From assembly GCF_046119375.1 (NCBI RefSeq), contig NW_027362764.1, positions 64,666,001 through 64,730,000 of the forward strand: a stretch of 64,000 nucleotides of DNA. Reading direction: 5' to 3'. The notes under the pieces are model-generated. The model had not been told where the DNA came from, searched no databases, and saw only the letters and a list, made by a program, of their open reading frames with translations. Positions 1 through 12,600 of this stretch are shown here, in pieces. The stretch is from Phyllobates terribilis. Lineage: Eukaryota. Positions within the stretch are counted from its first letter, which is position 1. Each line of letters begins with the position of its first letter. The position numbers were made by a program, and so were the translations under genes.

Positions 1-910
1 GCCAGGGACTCAGATCCTGCAGTGCCAGACGTGTCCCCCTGTTTAAGCCATTACATGTCCGGGCCCGTCTGAAGTTTGCTAGAGAGCATTTGGATGATCC
101 AGAAGAGTATTGGGAGAATGTCATATGGTCAGATGAAACCAAAGTAGAACTGTTGGGTAGAAACACAACTCGGCGTGTTTGGAGGAGAAAGAATGCCGAG
201 TTTCAGCCAAAGAACTCCATACCTACTGTGAAGCATGGGGGTGGCAACATCATGCTTTGGGGAGGTTTCTCTGCCAAGGGACCAAGACGACTGATCCGTG
301 TTCATGAAAGAATGAATGGGGGCATGTATCGTGAGATTTTGAGTGCAAACCTCCTTCCATCAGCAAGGGCATTGAAGAGGAAACGTGGCTGGGTCTTTCA
401 GCATGACAATGATGCAGCACACCGCCAGGGCAACGAAGGAGTGGCTTCGTAAGAAGAATTTCAAGGTCCTGGAGTGGTGTAGCCAGTCTCCATATTTAAA
501 CTCTATAGAAAACATTTGGAGAAAGTTGAAAGTCCATGTTGCCCAGCGACAGCCCCAAAACATCACTACTCTAGAGGAGATCTGCATGGAGGAATGGGCC
601 AACATACCAGCAACCGTGTGTGCCAACCTTGTGAAGACTGACAGAAAACGTTTGACCTCTGTCATTACCAACAAAGGATATATTACAAAGTATTGAGATG
701 AACTTTTGTAATTGACCAAATACTTATTTTCCACCAAAATTTGAAAAAATTCTTTCCAAATCAGACAAATGTGATTTTCAGGATTTGTTTTCTCATTTTG
801 TCTCTCATAGTTGAGGTCGACCTATGATGTCAATTACAGGCCGACCTCATCTTTTTAAGTTGGAGAACTTACACAATTGGTGGCTGACTAAATACTTTTT
901 TGCCCCACTG
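1..910 (+). mobile_element. Tc1/mariner family A, 3' half, frameshifted transposase
   Basis: ORFs 90-452 and 385-696 carry WSDETK, FQHDND and NSIENIW (DD34E type). The TIR ends ...tttgccccactg followed by TA. Confidence 0.9.
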
Positions 911-914
911 TATA

Positions 915-1759
915 CAGTGGCATGTAAAAGTTTGGGCACCCCTGGTCAAAATTACTGTTATTGTGAACAGTTAAGCAAGTTGAACATGAAATGATCTCTA
1001 AAACGCCTAAAGTTAAAGATGACACATTTCCTTTGTAATTTTTAAAAAATACTGCAAAAAGTAAAATGGGACTATGCAGAAGTTTGGGCACCCTTAGAGA
1101 TTTGTGTGCTCAGAAAACTTTGACCAAGACTTCAGACCTTAATAAGCCTGTTAGGGTTATGGCTTGTTCACCATCATAGTTAGGAAAGGCCAGGGGATGC
1201 AAATTTCCCAGCTTTATAAAAACCCAGTCTCCTCTAACTTTGTGCCAAAAACAGCAGCCATGGGTTTTTCTAATCAGCTGCTGAGCACATTAAAAATGAA
1301 AATCGTGGAGGCCAACAAAGCAGGAGAAGGCTATAAGAAGATAGCAAAACGTTTTCAAGTTACCCTTTGCAATTTCTTAATTACATTTCAAACTGAGTAG
1401 TTACCAGGAACAGTGGAGGTCAAGATAAGGTCTGGAAGACGTAAGCAAAATTTCAGTGAGAGCCGCTCGTAGGATTGCTAAAAAGGCAAATCAGAGCACC
1501 CGCTTGACTGCAAAAGACCTTCAGAAAGATTTAACAGACTCAAGTTGTGGCACATTGTTCTACTGTTCAGAGACACCTGCACAAATATGGCCTTCATGGA
1601 AGAGTCATCAGAAGAAAATTTCTCCTGCGTCCTCACCATAAAATCCAACGTCAGAAGTATGCAAAAGAACATCTAAACAAGCCTGATGCATTTTGGAAAC
1701 AAGTCCTGTGGACTGATGAGGTTAAAATAGAAAAGTTTGGCCGCAATGATCAAAAGGTA
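915..1759 (+). mobile_element. Tc1 family B (IR/DR-type long TIR), 5' half, degenerate
   Basis: TA-cagtggcatgtaaaagtttgggcaccc terminus with an internal repeat of agtttgggcaccc. Transposase fragments (EGYKKIAKRF; VLWTDEVKIE). Interrupted at the TA 1758-1759. Confidence 0.88.
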
Positions 1760-3372
1760 CAGTACAGACCAAAACTTTGGACACACCTTCTCATTTAAAG
1801 ATTTTTCTGTATTTTCATGACTATGAAAATTGTACATTCACACTGAAGGCATCAAAACTATGAATTAACACATGTGGAATTATATACTTAACAAAAAAGT
1901 GTGAAACAACTGAAAATATGTTTGATATTCTAGGTTCTTCAAAGTAGCCACCTTTTGCTTTGATGACTGCTTTGCACACTCTTGGCATTCTCTTGATGAG
2001 CTTCACGAGGTAGTCACCGGAAATGGTTTTCACTTCACAGGTGTGCCCTGTCAGGTTTAATAAGTGGGATTTCTTGCCTTATAAATGGGGTTGGGACCAT
2101 CAGTTGTGTTGTGCAGAAGTCAGGTGGATACACAGCTGATAGTCCTACTGAATAGACTGTTAGAATTTGTATTATGGCAAGAAAAAAGCAGCTAAGTAAA
2201 GAAAAACGAGTGGCCATCATTACTAAGAAATGAAGGTCAGTCAGTCCGAAAAATTGGGAAAACTTTGAAAGTGTCCCCAAGTGCAGTTGCAAAAACCATT
2301 AAGCGCTACAAGGAAACTGGCTCACATGAGGACCGCCCCAGGAAAAGAAGACCAAGAGTCACCTCTGCTTATGAGGATAAGTTTATCCGAGTCACCAGCC
2401 TCAGAAATCGCAGGTTAACAGCAGCTCAGATTAGAGACCAGGTCAATGCAACACAGAGTTCTAGCAGCAGACACATCTCTTCAACAACTGTTAAGAGGAG
2501 ACTTTGTGCAGCAGGCCTTCATGGTAAAATAGCTGCTAGGAAACCACTGCTAAGGACAGGCAACAAGCAGAAGAGACTAGTTTGGGCTAAAGAACACAAC
2601 GAATGGACATTAGACCAGTGGACATCTGTGCTTTGGTCTGATGAGTCCAAATTTGAGATCTTTAGTTCCAACCACCGTGTCTTGGTGCGACACAGAAAAG
2701 GTGAACGGATGGACTCTACATGCCTGGTTCCCACCGTGAAGCATGGAGGAGGAGGTGTGATGGTGTGGGGGTGCTTTACTGGTGACACTGTTGGGGATTT
2801 ATTCAAAATTGAAGGCATACTGAACCAGCATGGCTACCACAGCATCTTGCAGCGGCATGCTATTCCATCCGGTTTGCGTTTAGTTGGACCATCATTTATT
2901 TTTCAACAGGAAAATGACCCCAAACACACCTCCAGGCTGTGTAAGGGCTATTTGACCAAGAAGGAGAGTGATGGGGTGCTACGCCAGATGACCTGGCCTC
3001 CACAGTCACCAGACCTGAACCCAATTGCGATGGTTTGGGGTGAGCTGGACCGCAGAGTGAAGGCAAAAGGGCCAACAAGTGCTAAGCATCTCTGGGAACT
3101 CCTTCAAGATTGTTGGAAGACCATTTCCGGTGACTACCTCTTGAAGCTCATCAAGAGAATGCCAAGAGTGTGCAAAGCAGTCATCAAAGCAAAAGGTGGC
3201 TACTTTGAAGAACCTAGAATATCAGACATATTTTCAGTTGTTTCACACTTTTTTGTTAAGTATATAATTCCACATGTGTTAATTCATAGCTTTGATGCCT
3301 TCAGTGTGAATGTACAATTTTCATAGTCATGAAAATACAGAAAAATCTTTAAATGAGAAGGTGTGTCCAAAC
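1760..3372 (+). mobile_element. Tc1 family C copy 1, near full length, inactive transposase (ATG 2174)
   Basis: TIR of about 270 bp starting cagtacagaccaaaactttggacacacc; right TIR runs into the gap. ORF 2265-3326 is a Tc1 transposase. A 2-bp deletion near 2223 separates it from MARKKQLSKEK. Confidence 0.95.
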
Positions 3373-3547
3373 NNNNNNNNNNNNNNNNNNNNNNNNNNNN
3401 NNNNNNNNNNNNNNNNNNNNNNNNNNNNNNNNNNNNNNNNNNNNNNNNNNNNNNNNNNNNNNNNNNNNNNNNNNNNNNNNNNNNNNNNNNNNNNNNNNNN
3501 NNNNNNNNNNNNNNNNNNNNNNNNNNNNNNNNNNNNNNNNNNNNNNN
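3373..3547. other. Assembly gap (175 N)
   Basis: Run of N. Confidence 1.
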
Positions 3548-3622
3548 AAAGACCCCGAAAGCCGTTCTCAGATATTATCGTATGCATTATCTTCCAAGTC
3601 GAGGTAGATCTTTTCTGTGCAT
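3548..3622 (-). CDS. SLC25A40: SLC25A40 coding exon 9, truncated by the assembly gap ([25 protein letters not shown]...)
   Basis: T-rich aataaag acceptor after a 93-nt intron. The frame stays open into the Ns. Confidence 0.88.
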
Positions 3623-6600
3623 CTTTATTAAAAAAAATAAATAAATAAAAAAACCCATAATAAACAGATGTCCCTTCATACCACTGGAACGAAGAGACAA
3701 AACTCCAGCACTTACTTTCTAAGACTTCTAGTTCTCCAACTTCGATTTGTCTTCTAGTCTTCACAACATCAAATGGTAAAGTTACGAGAGCGGCAAACTA
3801 AGATACAAAGCAGAACCCATCATGCATCAACCACCTTCTGACAGTTCACAGAGACATCGGGGAAGGGGGTGAAATTAGCGAGGACTCCCACCAATTACAA
3901 GAATTAAAAGGGATTTTTGATAGTCTGAAAGCAGCCTAATATAGGGAAAGGGAGCCTGATTCCAGCGCTGTGTCACTTACTAGGCTGTGTGCTGTAGTTT
4001 CAATATAATCAGTGTTTTATCAGCAGGAGATTATCACTACAGGACTAGGTCTCCTGTGCAAGGCAGTCCAGCTAATCTGTAAAGCCCCGCCCTCACCGAT
4101 TGGCTGCTTTCTGTAATTACTGCCAATCAGTGGTGCGGGCGGGGTTATACATAGCTCAGTATTTGAGCACTGCTGCATGTACAGCAGAAAAAATGGGATT
4201 TGGTGCTCTATATTAGAAATTAGCAATTAAAATGAGTTATTTTTTTTTCTATGGCGCAGGCTTCCTGATCCTTCCAGTGGGTAAGCACAGGTGTAATTTT
4301 TATTTTTACATATAAATGAATAAAAAAGGAAAACCTTTTAAAAGTGAATAAATCTATAGACACACGTTTGTTTCCTATACTGTAGAGCCGCAGAAATTCC
4401 ACAGAGCATGTCCCCAACAGAGTTTACAATTTCGTTTGGACTGTGAAAAGATGATAATAATAATAATATATAACAATAATATAGAACTTACAGATCCAGA
4501 TAAGGCACCTGATGCAAAACAAATTGTGAACGTTGGTTCCGTTTTGTTATATCTCTGGCAAAGCAATTTTCTTCCAAGCTCGTAGTTATACCAGTACATC
4601 GCTGCAAGGGAGAGAGCAGAATTCCCTTCTTACTAGGATAAGTAATGTAATGTGTAGCAGAATAGTGAGTGCAGCTCTGGAGTATAATACAGGATGTAAC
4701 TCAGGATCAGTACAGGATAGGTAATGTATGTACATAGTGACTACACCAGCAGAATAGTGAGTGCAGCTCTGGAGTATAATACAGGATGTAACTCAGGATC
4801 AGTAATGTATGTACACAGTGACTCCACCAGCAGAATAGTGAGTGCAGCTCTGGAGTATAATACAGGATGTAACTCAGGATCAGTAATGTATGTACACAGT
4901 GACTCCACCAGCAGAATAGTGAGTGCAGCTCTGGAGTATAATTCAGGATGTAACTCAGGATCAGTACAGGATCAGTAATGTAATGTATGTACACAGTGAC
5001 TCCACCAGCAGAGTAGTGAGTGCAGCTCTGGAGTATAATACAGGATGTAACTCAGGATCAGTAATGTAATGTATGCACACAGTGACTGCACCAGCAGAAT
5101 AGTGAGTGCAGCTCTGGAGTATAATACAGGATGTAACTCAGGATCAGTAATGTAATGTATGTACACAGTGACTGCACCAGCAGAGTAGTGAGTGCAGCTC
5201 TAGAGTATAATACAGGATGTAACTCAGGATCAGTAATGTAATGTATGTACACAGTGACTGCACCAGCAGAATAGTGAGTGCAGCTCTGGAGTATAATACA
5301 GGATGTAACTCAGGATCAGTAATGTATGTACACAGTGACTCCACCAGCAGAATAGTGAGTGCAGCTCTGGAGTATAATACAGGATGTAACTCAGGATCAG
5401 TACAGGATCAGTAATGTAATGTATGTACACAGTGACTCCACCAGCAGAGTAGTGAGTGCAGCTCTGGAGTATAATACAGGATGTAACTCAGGATCAGTAA
5501 TGTAATGTATGTACACAGTGACTGCACCAGCAGAATAGGGAGTGCAGCTCTAGAGTATAATACAGGAGGCAACTCAGGATCAGTAATGTAATGTATGTAC
5601 ACAGTGACTGCACCAGCAGAATAGTGAGTGCAGCTCTAGAGTATAATACAGGAGGCAACTCAGGATCAGTAATGTAATGTATGTACACAGTGACTGCACC
5701 AGCAGAATAGTGAGTGCAGCTCTAGAGTATAATACAGGAGGCAACTCAGGATCAGTAATGTAATGTATGTACACAGTGACTGCACCAGCAGAATAGTGAG
5801 TGCAGCTCTAGAGTATAATACAGGAGGCAACTCAGGATCAGTAATGTAATGTATGTACACAGTGACTGCACCAGCAGAATAGTGAGTGCAGCTCTAGAGT
5901 ATAATACAGGATGCAACTCAGGATCAGTAGGTAAGCGTGTCTGGGACTTAACTAATGGTCAGGTGATCAAAAGAACAATACAAGCAATTTACCCACAAAG
6001 TAATATGTTCACATATTGTGTAAAAATAAATATATTTGGTTTCTCCATTCTACAAATGAAGCTACCTGAGAAGGGAACGTCTCGCAGGATGGTGGGGCCC
6101 CATCCCTTCCACAGGGACAGCCAGCCTTCATTGGCCACAGAACTCCGAATACACGACGTCAGCTCTTTGTAGGACAGCGGTCGAGATTGCATGTTTGTCC
6201 TGATCAGCTCTAATGGGCTGATGAGCGTGGCTGAGCCCACTGAAAAACAGGGATAAACCAGAAGTCTTTTTTTAATTTTGTCTTTGCAATGGTTATATAT
6301 GCACGGTACGGCAGGACTTACATCTGGCTGTGGCCCCGGCGATGAGGGAGGCCGTCTCTATGCTGTTCACACGGTGGATCAGTATGTCTCGTAGCTGGTC
6401 ATAGCAGGTGAAATAGATGGCAGTAGCTGGTATCGCCATTACTCTGTGGATAACAATTATAATGTTATAAAGTAATATTCATAGGAACAGCAGGACAAAG
6501 AGGTGACTGGGAAAATTAGGAGATTTACTGGAGAAAACGTGAAAGGGGTATTCCCATCTCCAAGATCCTATCCCAATATGTATGATGTGTAATAATTATA

Positions 6601-9600
6601 TTAGAAAATAACTTCAATAAGAAATGTAGTATAGTTCCCCTGATTAGCTATGTCGCTTACCTCATGTGCAGGCATTGCAATGGGTTAGGTATCCATGGTT
6701 ATGACCATTAACAACTGTCACTGTATGAGTGGTCGTAACCATGGATACCTAACCTGTCAGCTATGGAGGCCTGCTTAGTCCATGCCCGGACCATGGTCTA
6801 AGAGGCTTCCGTCAGTGTAAGGGTTTGCTTACTCGTATAAATAATCTGTCCCATTCTCATCCAGGGAAGCAGGACGATTTTTTTTCCTCTGTCATCATCC
6901 ATATACAATCATTTTTTTTTACTCAGCAGCTATTAATCTTTTACAGAACCATTTGCAGTTTCCTATATTACAGAACTGTAATGTACCCATAAAAATCGGA
7001 TGTTATACTGATGGTCCCTATTGCATGCAATTTTTTTTTTCCCGCTCGCACTGACAGATTTCAGAGTGAAATCGCAGAATGCCGAATACAGCATCTATGC
7101 ATTATACCAGCAATCAGAGTAATAAAAGTTAAAGTCTCATACAGGGACTAAGTAAAAGAAAAAAAAATTATAAAAAAAGTTTGTAAAAATATGAAGCAAA
7201 AAAAAAATTCTGCCAATAAATATGTATATTGATGTAAAAACAGCAAAAAAAAAAAGTACACATCGCCGTGTCTCTGTCACACTAGTTGACCCCTNNNNNN
7301 NNNNNNNNNNNNNNNNNNNNNNNNNNNNNNNNNNNNNNNNNNNNNNNNNNNNNNNNNNNNNNNNNNNNNNNNNNNNNNNNNNNNNNNNNNNNNNNNNNNN
7401 NNNNNNNNNNNNNNNNNNNNNNNNNNNNNNNNNNNNNNNNNNNNNNNNNNNNNNNNNNNNNNNNNNNNNNNNNNNNNNNNNNNNNNNNNNNNNNNGGACA
7501 CACCTTCTCATTTAAAGATTTTTCTGTATTTTCATGACTATGAAAATTGTACATTCACACTGAAGGCATCAAAACTATGAATTAACACATGTGGAATTAT
7601 ATACTTAACAAAAAAGTGTGAAACAACTGAAAATATGTCTTATATTCTAGGTTCTTCAAAGTAGCCACCTTTTGCTTTGATGACTGCTTTGCACACTCTT
7701 GGCATTCTCTTGATGAGCTTCAAGAGGTAGTCACCGGAAATGGTCTTCCAACAATCTTGAAGGAGTTCCCAGAGATGCTTAGCACTTGTTGGCCCTTTTG
7801 CCTTCACTCTGCAGTCCAGCTCACCCCAAACCATCTCGATTGGGTTCAGGTCTGGTGACTGTGAAGGCCAGGTCTTCTGGCGTAGCCCCCCCATCACTCT
7901 CCTTCTTGGTCAAATAGCCCTTACACAGCCTGGAGGTGTGTTTGGGGTCATTGTCCTGTTGAAAAATAAATGATGGTCCAACTAAACGCAAACCGGATGG
8001 AATAGCATGCCGCTGCAAGATGCTATGGTAGCCATGCTGGTTCAGTATGCCTTCAATTTTGAATAAATCCCCAACAGTGTCACCAGCAAAGCCCCCCCAC
8101 ACAATCACACCTCCTCCTCCATGCTTCACGGTGGGAACCAGGCATGTAGAGTCCATCCGTTCACCTTTTCTGCGTCGCACAAAGACATGGTGGTTGGAAC
8201 CAAAGATCTCAAATTTGGACTCATCAGACCAAAGCACAGATTTCCACTGGTCTAATGTCCATTCCTTGTGTTCTTTAGCCCAAACAAGTCTCTTCTGCTT
8301 GTTGCCTGTCCTTAGCAGTGGTTTCCTAGCAGTTATTTTACCATGAAGGCCTGCTGCACAAAGTCTCCTCTTAACAGTTGTTGAAGAGATGTGTCTGCTG
8401 CTAGAACTCTGTGTGGCATTGACCTGGTCTCTAATCGGAGCTGCTGTTAACCTGCGATTTCTGAGGCTGGTGACTCGGATAAACTTATCCTCAGAAGCAG
8501 AGGTGACTCTTGGTCTTCCTTTCCTGGGGCGGTCCTCATGTGAGCCAGTTTCTTTGTATCGCTTTATGATTTTTACAACTGCACTTGGGGACACTTTCAA
8601 AGTTTTCCCAGTTTTTCGGACTGACTGACCTTCATTTCTTAAAGTAATGATGGCCACTCGTTTTTCTTTACTTAGAATTTGTATTATGGCAAGAAAAAAA
8701 GCAGCTAACAGTCTATTCAGTAGGACTATCAGCTGTGTATCCACCAGACATCTGCACAACACAACTGATGGTCCCAACCCCATTTATAAGGCAAGAAATC
8801 CCACTTATTAAACCTGACAGGGCACACCTGTGAAGTGAAGACCATTTCCAGTGACTACCTCTTGAAGCTCATCAAGAGAATGCCAAGAGTGTGCAAAGCA
8901 CTCATCAAAGCAAAAGGTGGCTACTTTGAAGAACCTAGAATATCACACATATTTTCAGTTGTTTCACACTTTTTTGTTAAGTATATAATTCCACATGTGT
9001 TAATTCATAGTTTTGATGCCTTCAGTGTGAATGTACAATTTTCATAGTCTTGAAAATACAGAAAAATCTTTAAATGAGAAGGTGTGTCCAAACTTTTGGT
9101 CTGTACTGTATATATACACACACACTCTTTTTTTTCTGTCATCACAGCAACCCGAAGAATAAAGTCGCCTAATCACTCACCACATGAGGAATGGCGTAAA
9201 AAAAAAATATATATACAATTCTTGACCTGCTGTTGCTTTTTTCATTCCGCCTCCCAAAGATCCCAGTATGGCTCAGCTCACTTTTATCCTGCGCTCTACA
9301 CTGAACGCTTACACCGGGGTTTCCCTGTAAATCTCTAAAATATGTGATTCAGACAGAACCCCAGGCGGAAGATTCCCTATAATTAGGCAGAAAGGGGCAC
9401 AGTTTTGTGCACTTCTGAAAAGAAGGATACCAACGAACAGAGGCCAGATGGAGTCCAGAGTAACTCAGCTGCCTCATTATTGTGAATGGATCCCTCAGGG
9501 GTTTCATCGGAATCACGTCACTCAGAGATATAGATGGAAACTCTGATGTAAGTGCTCAGTGTAAAGCGCAGGATAAATGTGAACTGGCACAAAAATGTTC

Positions 9601-12600
9601 TCTACCCCAAAATGCCACCAATAAAAGCTTCTACTCAAACCACAAAAAACAAGTCCCCACTTGGCTCTGTCATCTGTTAAGAGAAATATAGGGGGATTCT
9701 ACGTTCCTGGTAGCATAAAGGCTTTGAAAAAGTGACATGGCTTCCACCAAAAGAAATCCAGCGAAATCTGTGCTCCTAAATCCAAATGCCCCCGTCCCTT
9801 CTGAGCCCGACAGTGTGCCTAAACCGCAATTAGCATCTACATTTTTGGCATTACTGTAGCGAGGCGAGCCCACTTAATTTACGGGTGTGTGGCTTCAGAA
9901 GCACGAGCACTACAATGTATTGGGCACTACAACTGCATATTTGCAATTTTCACTCTGCAACTTCCACTGTGTGTTTGTTTCTGGAAAACGCCTATACAGT
10001 CAGAAGATGAATTCCAAGAGGGGTGTAAATTCCAATAAGGGGTCACTTGAAGGGGGTTTCCACTGTTTAGGCACATCAGGAGCTCTGGAAATGGAGTCCA
10101 CAAACAATTCTAACAAAATTAGGGATGCAAACGTCAAATAGTGCTCCTTCCGTCCCAAGCCCTATCATGTTGCCAAACAGTACTGTACAGTCTTAATGGG
10201 CCATTGCCACATTCAGGAGAAATTATATAACAAAGTATGGGGCCCTTTTACCAATTTCCCCGTATGAAAATTAAAAATCTGGAGATAAAACAGTATTTTA
10301 GCGAGAAAAATATAATTATTAGTTCTTCACTACTAAATGGTATAAAATTCTGTGACACACCTGTGGTGTCAATATTCTCACTGCATAACTAGATGAATTC
10401 ATTGAGAGGTGTAGTTAGTAAAATGGAGTCACCTATGGGGGTTCTGCCAATGTGACATAACACCCACAAACCATAACAACAAAAATCTGCATTTCAATAA
10501 GGCGCTTCTTCCCTTCTGAGCTTTGCACTGTGCCTGAAAAATAGTTTGACACCACATATGAGGGCACTGGCGTACTCAGGAGAAATTGTGTAACATTTTG
10601 TGGTCCATTTTCTCATTTTTTCCCATTTCAAAAATAAGAACTTGGGGCCAAAACAACATTTTACGGCTAAAAACGTAATTAGTTTTTTCTTCAGCGCTCA
10701 ATAGTATAAAATGTTGTGACACACCTGTGGTGTCAACATGCTCAGTGCATACCCCTAGATGAATTAATTGAAGGGTGAAGTTTGTAAAATGGGGTCACTT
10801 ATGGGGGAAAGGTGTGTGTGTGTGTGGGGGGGGGGGGGGGTTTGCTGTCCTGGCACCTTAGGGGCTCTGCCAATGTCACATGTCACTCACAAATCATTCC
10901 AGCAAAATCTGCACTATAATATGGCGCGCTTTCCTTCTGAGATTTCCACTGTGCCTGAAGAGTAGTTTCTGACCACATATTGGGGATCGGCGTACTCAGA
11001 AGAAATTGCACAACCAACAAATTGTTTGGTCCATTTTCTACTATTACCCTTGTGCAAATGAACAATTTGGGGCTAAAGCAACATTTTTGTAATTTTTTCA
11101 TGACTCAACATCATAAACTTCTGTGAGATACCTGGGGGTTCAAGGTGCTCATCACACATCTAGATCAATTCCTTGAGGGGTGTAGTTTCCAAAATGGTGT
11201 TATTTGTGGGGGGTTTCCGCTGTTTAGCCACATCAGGGGCTCTCCAAACATGGCATGGTGTCCACTACATATTCCAGTCAATTTTTCTCTTTAAGTGTCT
11301 AATGGCGATGCTTCCCTTCCAAGTGCCCAAACAGTAGTTTTCCTCAGCATATGGGGTAGTTGTGTACTCAGAAGAAATTGCACAACAAATTGTACCATTC
11401 AATTTCTCTTGTTACCCTTGAAAAAATGCAAAATTTGGGGCTAAATGAACATTTTTGTGGGAAAAATTAAAATGTTTATTTTTTTTTGTCCACATAGCTT
11501 TAATTTCTGTGAAGTGCCTAAAGGGTTAATAAACTTCTTAAATGTTGTTTTGAGCAGCACCTTGAGGGGTGGTTTTTAACCCCTTAACCCCCGAGGGTGG
11601 TTTGCACGTTAATAACCAGGCCAATTTTTACAATTCTGACCACTGTCACTTTATGAGGTAATTACTCTGGAACGCTTCAATGGATTCCCCTGATTCTGAG
11701 ATTGTTTTTTCGTGACATATTGTACTTCATGATTGTGGTAAAATTTCTTCGATATCACTTGCGTTTATTTGTGAAAAAAACGGAAATTTGGCGAAAATTT
11801 TGAAAATTTTGCAATTTTCAAAATTTGAATTTTTATGCCCTTAAATCAGAGAGATATGTCACACAAAAGAGTTAATAAATAACATTTCCCACATGTCTAC
11901 TTTACATCAGCACAATTTTGGAGCCAAAATTTTTTTTGTTAGGGAGCTATAAGGGTTAAAAGTTGACCTGCGATTTCTAATTTTTCCAACAAAATTTACA
12001 AAACCATTTTTTAGGGACCACATCACATTTGGAGTCACTTTTAGAGGTCTTTATGACAGAAAATACCCAAAAGTGACACCATTCTAAAAACTGCACCCCT
12101 CAAGGTGCTCAAAACCACATTCAAGAAGTTTATTAACCCTTCAGGTGCTTCACAGGAATTTTTGGAATGTGGAAGAAAAAAATGAACATTTAACTTTTTT
12201 CACAAAAATGTTACTTTATACCCAATTTTTTTTATTTTCACAGGGGTAACAAGAAAAAATGGACCCCAAAATTTGTTGTGCAATTTCCCCTGGGCACGCA
12301 GATACCCCATATGTGGGGAAAAACCACCGTTCGGGCGCACGGCAGGGCTCGGAAGGGAAAGAGCGCCATTTGACTTTTTGATCGTAAAATTTGCTTGAAT
12401 AATTAGCGGACGCCATGTTGCGTTTGGAGAGTCCCTGTGTGCCCAAACATTGGAGCTCCCCCACAAGTGACCCCATTTTGGAAACTAGACCCCCCAAGGC
12501 ACCTATCTAGATGCATAGTGAGCACTTGGAACCCCCAGGTGCTTCACAAATTGATTCGTAAAAATGAAAAAGTGAAAAAAAAAAACACTTTTTCATTTTT

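Noticed and set aside
3310-3764. ORFs spanning N runs (also 7137-7554 and 37024-37641)
   Set aside because: Artefacts of translating through assembly gaps.
4642-5928. CRISPR-like regular repeats
   Set aside because: The units are contiguous with no unique spacers, the context is eukaryotic and intronic, and there are no cas genes. The same applies to the 31-bp and 17-bp arrays.
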